Of a stretch of 64,000 nucleotides of DNA, positions 10,455 through 20,673 are shown piece after piece (position 1 is the first letter of the stretch; each line of letters begins with the position of its first letter). Origin of the DNA: Promethearchaeota archaeon. Its GTDB lineage: Archaea > Asgardarchaeota > Lokiarchaeia > Sigyniarchaeales > SOKP01. The stretch spans positions 128,001 through 192,000 of the forward strand of contig JBHLLT010000001.1 in the NCBI GenBank assembly GCA_048938855.1, in the 5' to 3' direction. Position numbers and translations under genes: made by a program. The notes under the pieces were generated by a model that worked only from the letters and a program-made list of their open reading frames with translations, was not told the origin of the DNA and did no database searches.

Positions 10455-11729
10455 TTATTTATTTTGCCTTATCGTTTTTTTAAATAAATTGATATATTCA
10501 TTTATTAAGGATTCCCAATTAAAATCATTTATAACTCTTTTGTAGCCATACTCCCCCATTTTGTTTCGTTCTTCTTCATGTTCATACAAATAGATAATTG
10601 CTTCTACTAATTCAGTCAAATCGTTTGGTTTTATTAATAATCCAGATTTTTTATGTTCAATTGCCTCAGTTATTCCTCCAGACATTGTTCCTATTACAGG
10701 TATTTTAAAAAAATTAGCTTCCAAAAATACAATCCCAAATCCCTCAATAGTTTTATTTGTTGAAATGGAAGGTGTAACAAAAATATCTGAAGCTTTTAGA
10801 TATTTATTTTTCATTTTATCATCGACAGCCCCGATGAATATTACTTCTTCTTCTAATCTCAATTTTTTTGTTAAATCTTTTAAATTCTGAGTTTCTGGTC
10901 CTTCACCTAGTAAAAAGTATTTTATATTCAAGTGGGGATATATCTCCTTTATTTTCTTCATTGCTTTTATAACAATTTGGAAGTTTTTTCTTGTAGCATG
11001 ACGACCAACACTAATTAAAACAAATTCATTATCAGGAATATTTAAAGCTTCCCTAAGTTCCTTTTTACCCTCTTTCAAAACAAAATCTGATGGATAAAGC
11101 CCACGGTGAATTATAGTTAATTTATCATCAGTCAAATGATTAACCCTTTTAATTAGATCTTTCATTTTATTACAACTTAAAACAATACGATCAAATGATC
11201 TTAAATAGTAAGTTTTTAGTGAATAGCGTGAGCGTACAAGTATATCATCACCATGACCCCAACAAATGCATTTTTTTTTTATCACCCTTGATAAAATATA
11301 TCCTAATGGCATAATAATATTGCCACATGCACTTACAAGCACTAAATCAGGATTAATTGTTTTGATATATGGATTGATTAAAGATAGGTTTTTAACAATA
11401 TGTATAAGAACATGAGGTTTAATTAGAAGATATAAAACCATGTTAAGTCTGAAATAAAATTTTACTTCTTTATCTAAGGTAATTTTCCAGAAAGAACGGA
11501 TTAAGAATAATAAGAAGGATTTTTTTTTACACAGAAGAAGTAAATCCTTAAAATTATATCTTTTTTTACTTTTATGCAAAATATTGAAAATATTTTTTCC
11601 TTTGTAATTATAATTAAAGATATAGAGTTTTTCTTGCCTCCCTTTAAAAGCTTTACACATATTTGTAAAGGTTTTTGCCACTCCTCCATGTGTGGGATAA
11701 AATTCATTTGTAATTAAGCAAAGTTTCAT
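10455..11729 (-). CDS. Glycosyltransferase family 4
   Basis: N-terminal EFYPTHGGV, VGRHATRKN, EGFGIVFLEA. Confidence 0.9.
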   Translation of the reverse strand: MKLCLITNEFYPTHGGVAKTFTNMCKAFKGRQEKLYIFNYNYKGKNIFNILHKSKKRYNFKDLLLLCKKKSFLLFLIRSFWKITLDKEVKFYFRLNMVLYLLIKPHVLIHIVKNLSLINPYIKTINPDLVLVSACGNIIMPLGYILSRVIKKKCICWGHGDDILVRSRYSLKTYYLRSFDRIVLSCNKMKDLIKRVNHLTDDKLTIIHRGLYPSDFVLKEGKKELREALNIPDNEFVLISVGRHATRKNFQIVIKAMKKIKEIYPHLNIKYFLLGEGPETQNLKDLTKKLRLEEEVIFIGAVDDKMKNKYLKASDIFVTPSISTNKTIEGFGIVFLEANFFKIPVIGTMSGGITEAIEHKKSGLLIKPNDLTELVEAIIYLYEHEEERNKMGEYGYKRVINDFNWESLINEYINLFKKTIRQNK

Positions 11730-11918
11730 ATAGTCAGTAAAGCATCTCTATTACAATTAATAGTTTTAAGTAAATTAATAGGAACTATCTAAAAAACATT
11801 ATGTAGGGAAGGTAATATAATGCTTGCCTTAAACAAAACTTTTAATATTTCCCTATAATTATGGGTCATTACATAACATTAAATATAATGAAATATTATT
11901 GATGATAAATATCTTAAC

Positions 11919-12170
11919 ATGGTAATTTTAATGTCCGAAGATGAATATAAAGTAGAATATACTACGGTTTCAATTCCAAAACCTTTAGCCGAAAAAATAA
12001 AAGAGAGAATGAGAGGTACAGGTTTTGCGTCTGTATCAAGCTATGTTACATATGTATTAAGACAAGTGTTATCGTCTATAGAAGAAGAAGAGAGATCAAA
12101 ACAAGCATTTAGTAAAGAAGAAGAAGAAAAAGTTAAACAACGGTTAAGAGATTTAGGATATATTGATTAG
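11919..12170 (+). CDS. CopG/ribbon-helix-helix transcriptional regulator
   Basis: YTTVSIPKPLAEKIK..GFASVSSYVTYVLR is an RHH pattern. The start may be the second ATG at 11931. Confidence 0.8.
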   Translation: MVILMSEDEYKVEYTTVSIPKPLAEKIKERMRGTGFASVSSYVTYVLRQVLSSIEEEERSKQAFSKEEEEKVKQRLRDLGYID

Positions 12171-12224
12171 AAATGAAAAATTTTCAAAATGAGACTTTTT
12201 AATTAGAAGAGGTTATGAGCTTAA

Positions 12225-13373
12225 ATGATAAAACCACATGGTGGAACACTGATTAATAAGGAGTTACCCAGAATTGAAAAGGATCGGATAATGGAAGAAA
12301 TCGATGAATTTGAGAAAATTGCTGTTAAACCAGAGACACTTAAAGTAATCAAAAACATTGCTTTTGGAGTTTTTAGTCCCTTAGAAGGATTCATGAATGA
12401 AAATGATTATCATTATGTATTAGATACAATGTACTTGGAGAATAATATTGCTTGGCCCTTTCCAATTACGCTTGATGTCTCAGAGGAAGAAATTCAAAAT
12501 TTAAAACCTGATGATAAAATTATTCTGACAAACGATGCTGATTTTCCAATTGCATTAATGAGTATTGAATCAATTTATCATTACGATAAGAACCAATATG
12601 CTGAAAAGACTTATGGGACATTGGATAAGAATCACCCTGGAGTAACGAATGTTTTTAATTACAAACAACTCCTTATAGGAGGAGAAATATTCTTAATTAA
12701 CGAGCCTAGACCAATTTTCCCAGATTTAGATCTAAAGGCTGTTGAAACAAGAGTACTTTTTAAAGAAAAGGGTTGGGATAGGGTTGTAGCATTTCAAACT
12801 AGAAATCCTCCTCATTTAGGTCATGAATATGTTCAAAAAGCAGGATTGACATATGTAGATGGCCTATTTATCAATCCTGTTATTGGAAAGAAAAAAAAAG
12901 GCGATTTCTTAGATATTGTAATTATTGAAGCATACTTGTCACTTATAAAAGAATATTATCCTAAAAATAGAGTGGTGTTAAGCACATTTGAAACTGAAAT
13001 GAGATATGCAGGACCAAAAGAAGCTATTTTTCATGCTATAACACGAAAGAATTTTGGTTGCGATCATATAATAATAGGACGAGATCATGCGGGAGTTGGT
13101 AATTATTATGGGCCTTATGATGCTCATGATATATTCGATAAATTCCCTGATTTAGGTATTGAACCAATTAAATTCAGATCATTCTCAAAGTGTAGTAAAT
13201 GTAATGCCGTAGTTAATGATAAAATTTGTCCGCATCCACCTGAAATGCAAAATTATTTTGCAGGAAGAGAAATTAGAGCCGCATTACAGGCAGGAAAACC
13301 ACCTAGCATCGAAGTTATGCGCCCTGAAGTCGCAGAAGTTATTTTAAAATATAAAAACCCATTCGTAGAATAA
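12225..13373 (+). CDS. sat: Sulfate adenylyltransferase (ATP sulfurylase)
   Basis: PHGG, FSPLEGFM, AFQTRNPPHLGHE, MRYAGPKEA, GRDHAGVG. Confidence 0.97.
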   Translation: MIKPHGGTLINKELPRIEKDRIMEEIDEFEKIAVKPETLKVIKNIAFGVFSPLEGFMNENDYHYVLDTMYLENNIAWPFPITLDVSEEEIQNLKPDDKIILTNDADFPIALMSIESIYHYDKNQYAEKTYGTLDKNHPGVTNVFNYKQLLIGGEIFLINEPRPIFPDLDLKAVETRVLFKEKGWDRVVAFQTRNPPHLGHEYVQKAGLTYVDGLFINPVIGKKKKGDFLDIVIIEAYLSLIKEYYPKNRVVLSTFETEMRYAGPKEAIFHAITRKNFGCDHIIIGRDHAGVGNYYGPYDAHDIFDKFPDLGIEPIKFRSFSKCSKCNAVVNDKICPHPPEMQNYFAGREIRAALQAGKPPSIEVMRPEVAEVILKYKNPFVE

Positions 13374-13409
13374 ATTATACTGAAAATACAATTCAAATGT
13401 TGAATTTTT

Positions 13410-14792
13410 GTGAATAAAAAAAGATTGGTCATAATTGGTCTAGACTGTGCCACCCCTAGAACTCTTTTTGAAGATTTTATTAATGATTGCCCTAACATAA
13501 AAAGACTGATAGAATCAGGGGTTTATGGAAAACTGAGAACTTGTGATCCCCCTATAACGATACCAGCATGGATGGTAATGGCAACAGGAAAAAAAGCAGG
13601 TACTTTGGGATTATACGGTTTTAGACATAGAAAGATAAATACTTATAACGATTTCTGGATAGCCTCCTCCTACAACATAAAAGAACCAAAAGTTTGGGAT
13701 ATTATTGCTAAAAAGGGATTAAAGTCATGTGTTTTAGGATTACCACCAACTTATCCACCCCAAAAAATAAATGGATGCCTAGTATCAGGATTTATTACTC
13801 CCGACAGTAAGGCAGAATTTACATATCCCCCAGAACTTAAAGAAGAGATTTTAAAAAATATAGGAGAATATTTGTTTGATGTCAATTTTAGGGTTGAAAA
13901 TAAAGAGATTTTATTGGAAGAAATCTATAAAATGAGTAAAATTCAATTTAAGACAATAAAATTTCTAATACAAAATAAAGAATGGGATTATTTTAAATTT
14001 GTAATCATTGGATTAGATAGATTCCACCATGCATTTTGGAAATACTATGATAAAAAACACCATAAATATGAACCAAATAATCCTTTCGAATTTGAAATGA
14101 AAAAATATTATAAATATTTAGATAAAGAAGTAGGTGAACTCTTAGAGATATTGGATGATGATACGGTTATAATGATTGTTTCAGATCATGGCGCAAAAGC
14201 AATGAAAGGTTTAATTTGTGTGAATATGGCACTTGAAGACTTAGGTCTTCTGAAATTTAAAACAAAACCAAGACCTAGAACCAGAATTGGAGAGGCAGAC
14301 ATTGACTGGGAGAATACCTATGCTTGGGGTTGGGGTGGATATTATGCGCGGATATTTTTAAATTTGAAAGGTAGAGAACCAAATGGAATAATAGAAAAAG
14401 AAGACTATGAAAAAATTCGAGATGAAATTATAGATAAAATAAAATCTATTAAAGATCACAAGGGTAACAAAATGAATACCAAGATATACAAACCTGAAGA
14501 TATCTTTGAGATTATTCGGGGAGATACTCCTGATTTAATGGTATATTTTGATGATTTAAATTGGAGATCTGCGGGAACCGTGGGATATGATTCAATGTAT
14601 TTAGATGAAAATGATACAGGTCCTGATGATGCAGTTCATGATTGGTATGGTGTATATTTGATTTATGATCCAAAAAAAAAAATAGGTAAAAATTTAGGAG
14701 TAAAAAGCATTCTCGATATAGCACCTACTTCACTTAATATTTTGGGAATAGATATTCCTTTTGACATGGAGGGCAAAATTATTAAATTTTAA
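13410..14792 (+). CDS. Type I phosphodiesterase/nucleotide pyrophosphatase family protein (AlkP superfamily, COG3379-like)
   Basis: IIGLDCA, PPITIPAW..M.TG, DRFHHAFW, VSDHG. Confidence 0.88.
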   Translation: MNKKRLVIIGLDCATPRTLFEDFINDCPNIKRLIESGVYGKLRTCDPPITIPAWMVMATGKKAGTLGLYGFRHRKINTYNDFWIASSYNIKEPKVWDIIAKKGLKSCVLGLPPTYPPQKINGCLVSGFITPDSKAEFTYPPELKEEILKNIGEYLFDVNFRVENKEILLEEIYKMSKIQFKTIKFLIQNKEWDYFKFVIIGLDRFHHAFWKYYDKKHHKYEPNNPFEFEMKKYYKYLDKEVGELLEILDDDTVIMIVSDHGAKAMKGLICVNMALEDLGLLKFKTKPRPRTRIGEADIDWENTYAWGWGGYYARIFLNLKGREPNGIIEKEDYEKIRDEIIDKIKSIKDHKGNKMNTKIYKPEDIFEIIRGDTPDLMVYFDDLNWRSAGTVGYDSMYLDENDTGPDDAVHDWYGVYLIYDPKKKIGKNLGVKSILDIAPTSLNILGIDIPFDMEGKIIKF

Positions 14793-14812
14793 TAAAAAAG
14801 GTTAAAAAAAAA

Positions 14813-15355
14813 ATGGAGCATAAAGGATTTACATTATGGTTTACTGGACTTCCATGTTCAGGTAAAACTGTACTAGCAAACTCAGTTGCGGAGGACTTGA
14901 AAAGAAGAGGAATGAAAGTAGAGCGCCTTGATGGTGATATAGTAAGAAAGAGCTTAACTAAAGATTTAGGCTTTAGTGAAGAAGATAGAAATATGAACAT
15001 TGAAAGGGTAACATTTGTAGCTAAATTATTAACTCGAAATGGTGTTGCTGTGCTAGCTTCTTTTGTATCACCATATAATAAGATAAGAGCATATTCGCGT
15101 AAAGAGATTGGAGAATACATTCTTGTGTATGTAAAATGTTCGTTAGAAGAATGTGAAAATAGAGATGTAAAAGGGATGTATGCAAAGGCACGAGCAGGAG
15201 AAATAAAAGATTTCACAGGAATTGATCATCCTTTTGAAGAACCTGATCAAGTTGAGATTGTAGTAGAAACTGATAAACAAACAGTTGAAGAAAGTAAAGA
15301 AGTTGTTTTGAAAGCTTTAGCAAAACTAGGGTATCTTCCTAATCAACATAAATAA
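14813..15355 (+). CDS. cysC: Adenylyl-sulfate (APS) kinase
   Basis: WFTGLPCSGKT, LDGDIVR, DLGFSEEDR, RDVKGMY..ARAGEI.DFTGID.PFEEP. Confidence 0.97.
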   Translation: MEHKGFTLWFTGLPCSGKTVLANSVAEDLKRRGMKVERLDGDIVRKSLTKDLGFSEEDRNMNIERVTFVAKLLTRNGVAVLASFVSPYNKIRAYSRKEIGEYILVYVKCSLEECENRDVKGMYAKARAGEIKDFTGIDHPFEEPDQVEIVVETDKQTVEESKEVVLKALAKLGYLPNQHK

Positions 15356-15377
15356 TGAATATCAAGTAATCAAATTA

Positions 15378-16304
15378 TCAATTAATTAATTTTTTTATTT
15401 GTTCTAAAATTTCTTTTTGATTTATATTATAAGCATCCAATAGTTTCTCTCTTCTTCCGGATTCTCCAAATGAATTATTTATTCCAATAAATTTCATCGG
15501 AATTGGATGATTTTTAGAGATAATTCGTGCAATTATACTTCCAAACCCACAATAGACATTATGTTCTTCTATAACTATAATCCCATTAGAGTCTACTACC
15601 TCCTCCAACAGAGATTTATTGTCTATAGGTTTAACAGTAGGAAGATTGATAACTTTAATAGAGAGATTTAACTCTTTTTCGATGGATATCGCAGAATTGA
15701 TAGCTAATATACTACCATATCCGGTTCCTATTAAACATATATCTTTTCCTTCCTTTAATATATCTGGTTTTCCAAATTTAAAAATATAATCATCCTTATG
15801 AATTTTAGGAAATGCACCTCTGGGCAATCTTACATAAAATGGTCCATTTGTATTAATAGTATATTCTAGTATTTTTTCAAGTTCAATATTATCTGAAGGA
15901 ACTAAGACGTTTAAATTTGGTAAAATAGCCATTAGACTGAGATCCTCTAATGCATTATGAGTGCTACCATCCTCTCCAACTAAACCAGCATGGGTTGTAA
16001 TTATTTTTACATTCAAATTATCATGACAAGCAAATCTTATGAATTCCCATGCTCTTCCAGTTGTAAATATAGAAAAACCACTTACTACGGGAATTTTTCC
16101 AGAAATTGAAAATCCTAATGCAGTACCCAACATATTTTGTTCTGCAATTCCCATATCGAAGAATCGATTTGGGAAGGTTTTAGCAAATTTAAATGTTTTT
16201 GTAGATAATGATAAATCGGCATCCAAAACAACAATATTCTCATTTTTGTGACCTAATTCCACTAAGAAGTCCCCGAAAGTATCTCTAAGAGCTTGTTCTT
16301 TCAT
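15378..16304 (-). CDS. Transketolase, C-terminal subunit
   Basis: LDADLS.ST, GIAEQNM, GEDGSTH, EEHN...GFGS. Probable start is the ATG at 16304 (track 16316). Confidence 0.93.
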   Translation of the reverse strand: MKEQALRDTFGDFLVELGHKNENIVVLDADLSLSTKTFKFAKTFPNRFFDMGIAEQNMLGTALGFSISGKIPVVSGFSIFTTGRAWEFIRFACHDNLNVKIITTHAGLVGEDGSTHNALEDLSLMAILPNLNVLVPSDNIELEKILEYTINTNGPFYVRLPRGAFPKIHKDDYIFKFGKPDILKEGKDICLIGTGYGSILAINSAISIEKELNLSIKVINLPTVKPIDNKSLLEEVVDSNGIIVIEEHNVYCGFGSIIARIISKNHPIPMKFIGINNSFGESGRREKLLDAYNINQKEILEQIKKLIN

Positions 16305-16308
16305 CGAG

Positions 16309-17163
16309 CTACACACCTTTTAATATTTCTTCTTCTATATCTTCGAGTTCTTTAAGAGCTAAGTTGTATTCATCTTTATTTGGGGCACGCCCATGATATT
16401 CTCTTGTGTGTTGCATAAAAGAAACATCAGCTCCTTTGATTAGATAAGAGATGATAACTTTAGGTTTTCCAATAACTGATTTAATTTTTTCAAATCCATG
16501 TAGAGTTTCTGTTAAGCTTGAGCCATTTACTTCAATAACTTCCCAGCCAAATGCTTTCCATTTATGTACTAAAGGTTCTAATGCCATAATTTGTTCTGTA
16601 GACCCATCAATTTGAATCCCATTGCGATCTACTATTGCAATTAGATTATCTAATTTATAGTGACTAGCAGACATGGCTGCTTCCCAAATGACCCCTTCAT
16701 TTAACTCTCCATCTCCTAACAAAACATAAATATTTCTTTTTATATTATCCAATTTGGCACTTAAAGCACATCCAATCCCAATAGATAATCCCATTCCTAA
16801 AGAGCCCGTTGATATTTCTATTCCAATTTCAGGATTTTTAACAGGATGACCTTGTAATTTTGAACCAAATTTTCTTAAAGTAAATAAATCATCCTTTTCA
16901 ATAAAACCGATACTGGATAAAACGGCATATAGCGCTGGTGCCGCATGTCCTTTACTTAAAATAAAAATATCTCGTTCTTCCCATGTTGGATCATCAAAAT
17001 TAATTTTCATAATATGGTTATAGAGGAGATAAATTATATTAGCACATGATAATGAACCACCTGGATGCCCCGATTGGGCCTCATATATCATCCTTAAGAT
17101 GTTTTTTTTAATTTCTATAATATCTATTAGGATTTTTTGTTCTTGGTCCTTAGATAATTCCAT
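16309..17163 (-). CDS. Transketolase, N-terminal (TPP-binding) subunit
   Basis: SGHPGGSLS, LSKGHAAP, LQGHP, TGSLGMG, GDGELNEG. Confidence 0.95.
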   Translation of the reverse strand: MELSKDQEQKILIDIIEIKKNILRMIYEAQSGHPGGSLSCANIIYLLYNHIMKINFDDPTWEERDIFILSKGHAAPALYAVLSSIGFIEKDDLFTLRKFGSKLQGHPVKNPEIGIEISTGSLGMGLSIGIGCALSAKLDNIKRNIYVLLGDGELNEGVIWEAAMSASHYKLDNLIAIVDRNGIQIDGSTEQIMALEPLVHKWKAFGWEVIEVNGSSLTETLHGFEKIKSVIGKPKVIISYLIKGADVSFMQHTREYHGRAPNKDEYNLALKELEDIEEEILKGV

Positions 17164-17185
17164 TCTAACACTTAGAGTGTGTAAA

Positions 17186-18184
17186 TTATGATTTATTTAT
17201 TTTAGTTAAAATATATTTAGAAAGCTTCTCAATATTATAAAATTCAACTGGAGGAAGTATTGCAGCAAAAGCTGCAGCAAATAAGGCTATTTTTACTCCA
17301 TCCAAAATAGAAATTTCTGATGCAAATGATAATCCTAATGCAGCCATAATTACACTACCCACGGCTACATAACTTCTGACTGGTTGATTTAAAATGGGAC
17401 TAATTTTATTAACCATTTCAGTATCTTTAGAAAAAAGATAAGATTCTAATTCTAAATAATTTAATAAGAGATTTTTACATTTTGATGAGTTCAATATCCT
17501 CCTTCCCGCAATATTAACACTGGTTTCATTACAACAGTCAATTGAAAATGTATTTAAAGCTTTTTGAATATTCATCTTGATTAATTCTATATCTTCATAT
17601 AGATAATAATCAAATTTTGTAGGACGCGCGATGATAGGAATATTTTTAAAGTGTCCTTTTAAAAATCTCACCAATTTTTGAATATATAAATCTTTGAAAA
17701 TTCCTTCTAAACCATAATCTAAAATTAATATCGCTCCAACATCATTGGACTGATCAGATATGATATTGATAAATTTTTCTATCAAGGATTCAGAAATACC
17801 ATCATTGTAATTAGTTTCTAGTCGTAAAAGATGTTGATTCATAGCTTTTATTCGAGTTATTTGAGGTGTTCTTACCTTTTCATTCACCAAGATACCAGAG
17901 GTATTAATCTTTAACTCTTTCATTTTCTTCAAAAAAAATTGACCCTCAAAATCATCACCAATAATACTGCATGTATAAGGTATTCCACCTAAAGATTGAA
18001 TAAAGCGTAATACTAATCCAGTTGCACCAATATAAATGTTGGTTCTCTCTATTTTGACATTTGGAACAGGAGCATCTGGAGAAATACTATTTGTATACCC
18101 AAATATGTACTTATCAATTAATGCGTCTCCAATAACTAATATTTCTTTACCCTTCCATTTAGAAATCTCGTCTATAAGAGCCAT
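17186..18184 (-). CDS. HldE/RfaE kinase-domain homologue (PfkB family), catalytic motif degenerate
   Basis: ILVIGDALIDKY..G..SISPDAPVP and TRI....QHLLRLE match the HldE kinase domain. The GAGD motif is replaced by AVGS. Confidence 0.8.
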   Translation of the reverse strand: MALIDEISKWKGKEILVIGDALIDKYIFGYTNSISPDAPVPNVKIERTNIYIGATGLVLRFIQSLGGIPYTCSIIGDDFEGQFFLKKMKELKINTSGILVNEKVRTPQITRIKAMNQHLLRLETNYNDGISESLIEKFINIISDQSNDVGAILILDYGLEGIFKDLYIQKLVRFLKGHFKNIPIIARPTKFDYYLYEDIELIKMNIQKALNTFSIDCCNETSVNIAGRRILNSSKCKNLLLNYLELESYLFSKDTEMVNKISPILNQPVRSYVAVGSVIMAALGLSFASEISILDGVKIALFAAAFAAILPPVEFYNIEKLSKYILTKINKS

Positions 18185-18193
18185 TTTACTATT

Positions 18194-18850
18194 TTACTTT
18201 TTCAAATCTCCTTGTAATTTTTCCCAATCTTTAAGAAAGTCTTCCAATCCTTTATCTGTATTAGGGTGTTTGAACATTTTTTCAAGCACAGAAAATGGAA
18301 TTGTGGCAATGTGTGCTCCTATTTTAGCAGCTTCAATGACATGTCTAGTATTCCTCACAGAAGCTACTATTAATTCCGATTTAAAATCATATGCATTTAA
18401 AATATCCATAGATTCCCAGAGAAAATCAATTTCATTCTGACCATTATCCATAAGTCTACCTATAAAAGGACTTATATATGAAGCTCCTGCTTTAGCAGCA
18501 ATTAAAACTTGATTTTGGGAAAAAACAAGAGTGACGTTTGTTTTAATTCCTTCTGGTTCGAGTATTTTAACAGCTTTAATTCCATCCTTTGTAAAGGGAA
18601 TCTTTACTACAATATTTTGAGCGATTTTAGATAATTCACGAGCCTCTTTAACCATTTCTTCAGTTGTTAGACCTATGACTTCTCCGCTAACAGGTCCATC
18701 AACAATTTCACAAATTTTTCTTAATTGTTCAACAGGTTCAGCTCCTTCTTTAGCTAAAAGAGTAGGATTTGTAGTAACCCCATCAATTATCCCTAATTCT
18801 TGCATTTCTTTTATCTGGTCTAAATTCGCAGTATCAATAAAAAATTTCAA
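18194..18850 (-). CDS. tal: Transaldolase (TalC/FSA family)
   Basis: [20 protein letters not shown] (Schiff-base Lys). VSGEV Glu and SPFIGR Phe are the transaldolase-type residues rather than FSA. Confidence 0.92.
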   Translation of the reverse strand: MKFFIDTANLDQIKEMQELGIIDGVTTNPTLLAKEGAEPVEQLRKICEIVDGPVSGEVIGLTTEEMVKEARELSKIAQNIVVKIPFTKDGIKAVKILEPEGIKTNVTLVFSQNQVLIAAKAGASYISPFIGRLMDNGQNEIDFLWESMDILNAYDFKSELIVASVRNTRHVIEAAKIGAHIATIPFSVLEKMFKHPNTDKGLEDFLKDWEKLQGDLKK

Positions 18851-18894
18851 AATGTTTCACGAGTGTTTTTAATTGATTATAATAATAATTTGTT

Positions 18895-19437
18895 TTATAT
18901 ATTTATAGCAAATTCTTTTAAATTTTTAAATATCATGTCTGGTGCTATTGCACCAATTTTTTTTTTTTCTTTCTTTCCATATCCCGTTAAAACCAGAACT
19001 GTTCTGCAATTTGCGGCTTTACCAGTTTGAATATCATTTATTGTGTCGCCAACCATATATGATTCACTTAAGTCAATTTTATATTTAGACTGTGCCTTTA
19101 AAATCATTCCTGGATTTGGCTTCCTACAATCACATGAGCCAGTAAATTTGGGATGGTGCGGACAATAATAAATATCATCTAATTGCACATTATTTTTTTT
19201 TAATATATTTTCCATCTTTTCATGAATAGCTGAAAGCGTTTCTTTAGTAAAAAAGCCCCTCGCTATACCTGCTTGATTTGTTATAATTATTAAAAGAAAG
19301 CCCTTCAGTTTAAGAATTTTTAAAGCCTTAATTGATCCTTTAATAAATTTAAAATCTTTTGGATCTGAGAGATATTTAACTTCTTTATTTATAACACCAT
19401 CCCGATCTAAAAATATTGCCTTATTTTGGCTAGTCAT
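18895..19437 (-). CDS. gmhB: D-glycero-D-manno-heptose-1,7-bisphosphate phosphatase
   Basis: FLDRDGVIN, TNQAGIARG, CPHHP...CDCRKPNPGM, MVGD...D. Probable start is the ATG at 19437. Confidence 0.92.
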   Translation of the reverse strand: MTSQNKAIFLDRDGVINKEVKYLSDPKDFKFIKGSIKALKILKLKGFLLIIITNQAGIARGFFTKETLSAIHEKMENILKKNNVQLDDIYYCPHHPKFTGSCDCRKPNPGMILKAQSKYKIDLSESYMVGDTINDIQTGKAANCRTVLVLTGYGKKEKKKIGAIAPDMIFKNLKEFAINI

Positions 19438-20065
19438 TAAGATCAGATTCTTTAAGTAATTTAATAATTTTATTGGGATTTTTAGCATGCAGAATAGTAC
19501 TCGAGCTAGATAAAATATCTGTATTTTTTAACAATTTTGCGTTTGATAGATTAATCCCACCATCCACATCAATAAGAAATTCATATTTTCTTTTATATTC
19601 AGCTAACTCATTTATTTTATTTACAGTGCTTGGTATAAATTTTTGACCTGACCAACCAGGATTAACACTCATTACTAGGACAAAATCGATTTTATCTAGA
19701 TATGGTACAATCTCAGTAATAAGAGTCTCTGGTTTTATAGCAAAACCAACTTTCTTATTTTTCTTTCTAACTTCTTCTATAATTAATGCTTTATTGTCAA
19801 GAATTTCAAAATGGAATAAAAAAACGTCAATAAAGTTAATAATTTTTTTAATATAATCAATCGGATTTATAACCATCAAATGAGCTATTATGGGAATGTT
19901 ATAAATTCCTTTTAAAGTTTTAAAAACATCTAAATTATTATTTGTATTATTTACAAATTTACCGTCCATAATATCTACATGAATGTAGTCTAAACCTTCT
20001 ATTCCTTTTAATATATCTACATTGAAGTTTTTTGTTGCATGAATAGAAACTGCGACTTTTTTCAT
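19430..20065 (-). CDS. rpe: Ribulose-phosphate 3-epimerase
   Basis: HVDIMDGKFV, AHLMV, LVMSVNPGWSGQKF, VDGGIN. Probable start is the ATG at 20065. Confidence 0.92.
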   Translation of the reverse strand: MKKVAVSIHATKNFNVDILKGIEGLDYIHVDIMDGKFVNNTNNNLDVFKTLKGIYNIPIIAHLMVINPIDYIKKIINFIDVFLFHFEILDNKALIIEEVRKKNKKVGFAIKPETLITEIVPYLDKIDFVLVMSVNPGWSGQKFIPSTVNKINELAEYKRKYEFLIDVDGGINLSNAKLLKNTDILSSSSTILHAKNPNKIIKLLKESDLND

Positions 20066-20075
20066 GAAGTACCAA

Positions 20076-20642
20076 TTATCCAAAAAGTTCTTTTTCAACT
20101 AAATAACAAATAATATGTCCAACGGTTATATGTCCTTCTTGAATTCTCGGCGTATCGGTTGAGGGTATCTTTAAACAAATATCTGTAATATCTTCAACTT
20201 TGCTTGGTTTTTGCCCAGTAAAACCCACAGTTATAGCGCCTTTTTCTTTAGCTTTTATCAAACCTTTTATTACATTAGGAGAGTTCCCAGATGTGCTAAT
20301 TCCAATTACTATATCTCCATTTTCTACAAATGAGGCAACTTGTCTCTCAAAAACTAAATCATAGCCAAAATCATTAGCTGTAGCAGTAACAACAGATGTA
20401 TTAGTGTGGAATGCAAGTGCGGGGAGAGAATCTCTATCTTTATAGAATTTCCCAACGAATTCAGCAGCTATATGCTGCGCATCTGCAGCACTTCCACCAT
20501 TACCGAAAAGGATCACTTTTTTCTTATTCTTATAGGCATTTATGATTTTCTTAGATATATTTGCTATAATCGGTGTTAGATTCTTAATGCTTTTTATAAC
20601 TTTAGTATTTTCATCTAAAATTAAGTTTATTTTATTTTCCAT
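20076..20642 (-). CDS. gmhA: Sedoheptulose-7-phosphate isomerase
   Basis: FGNGGSAADAQHIAAE, ANDFG...VFERQ, ISTSGNSPN, TPRIQEGH. Confidence 0.96.
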   Translation of the reverse strand: MENKINLILDENTKVIKSIKNLTPIIANISKKIINAYKNKKKVILFGNGGSAADAQHIAAEFVGKFYKDRDSLPALAFHTNTSVVTATANDFGYDLVFERQVASFVENGDIVIGISTSGNSPNVIKGLIKAKEKGAITVGFTGQKPSKVEDITDICLKIPSTDTPRIQEGHITVGHIICYLVEKELFG

Positions 20643-20673
20643 TATCTCATCTTTTTTAGTATATTATTCATAA

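Noticed and set aside
12225-15355. Dissimilatory sulfate reduction
   Set aside because: No apr, dsr or qmo genes are in the window, and cysC plus a sulfotransferase point to PAPS use.
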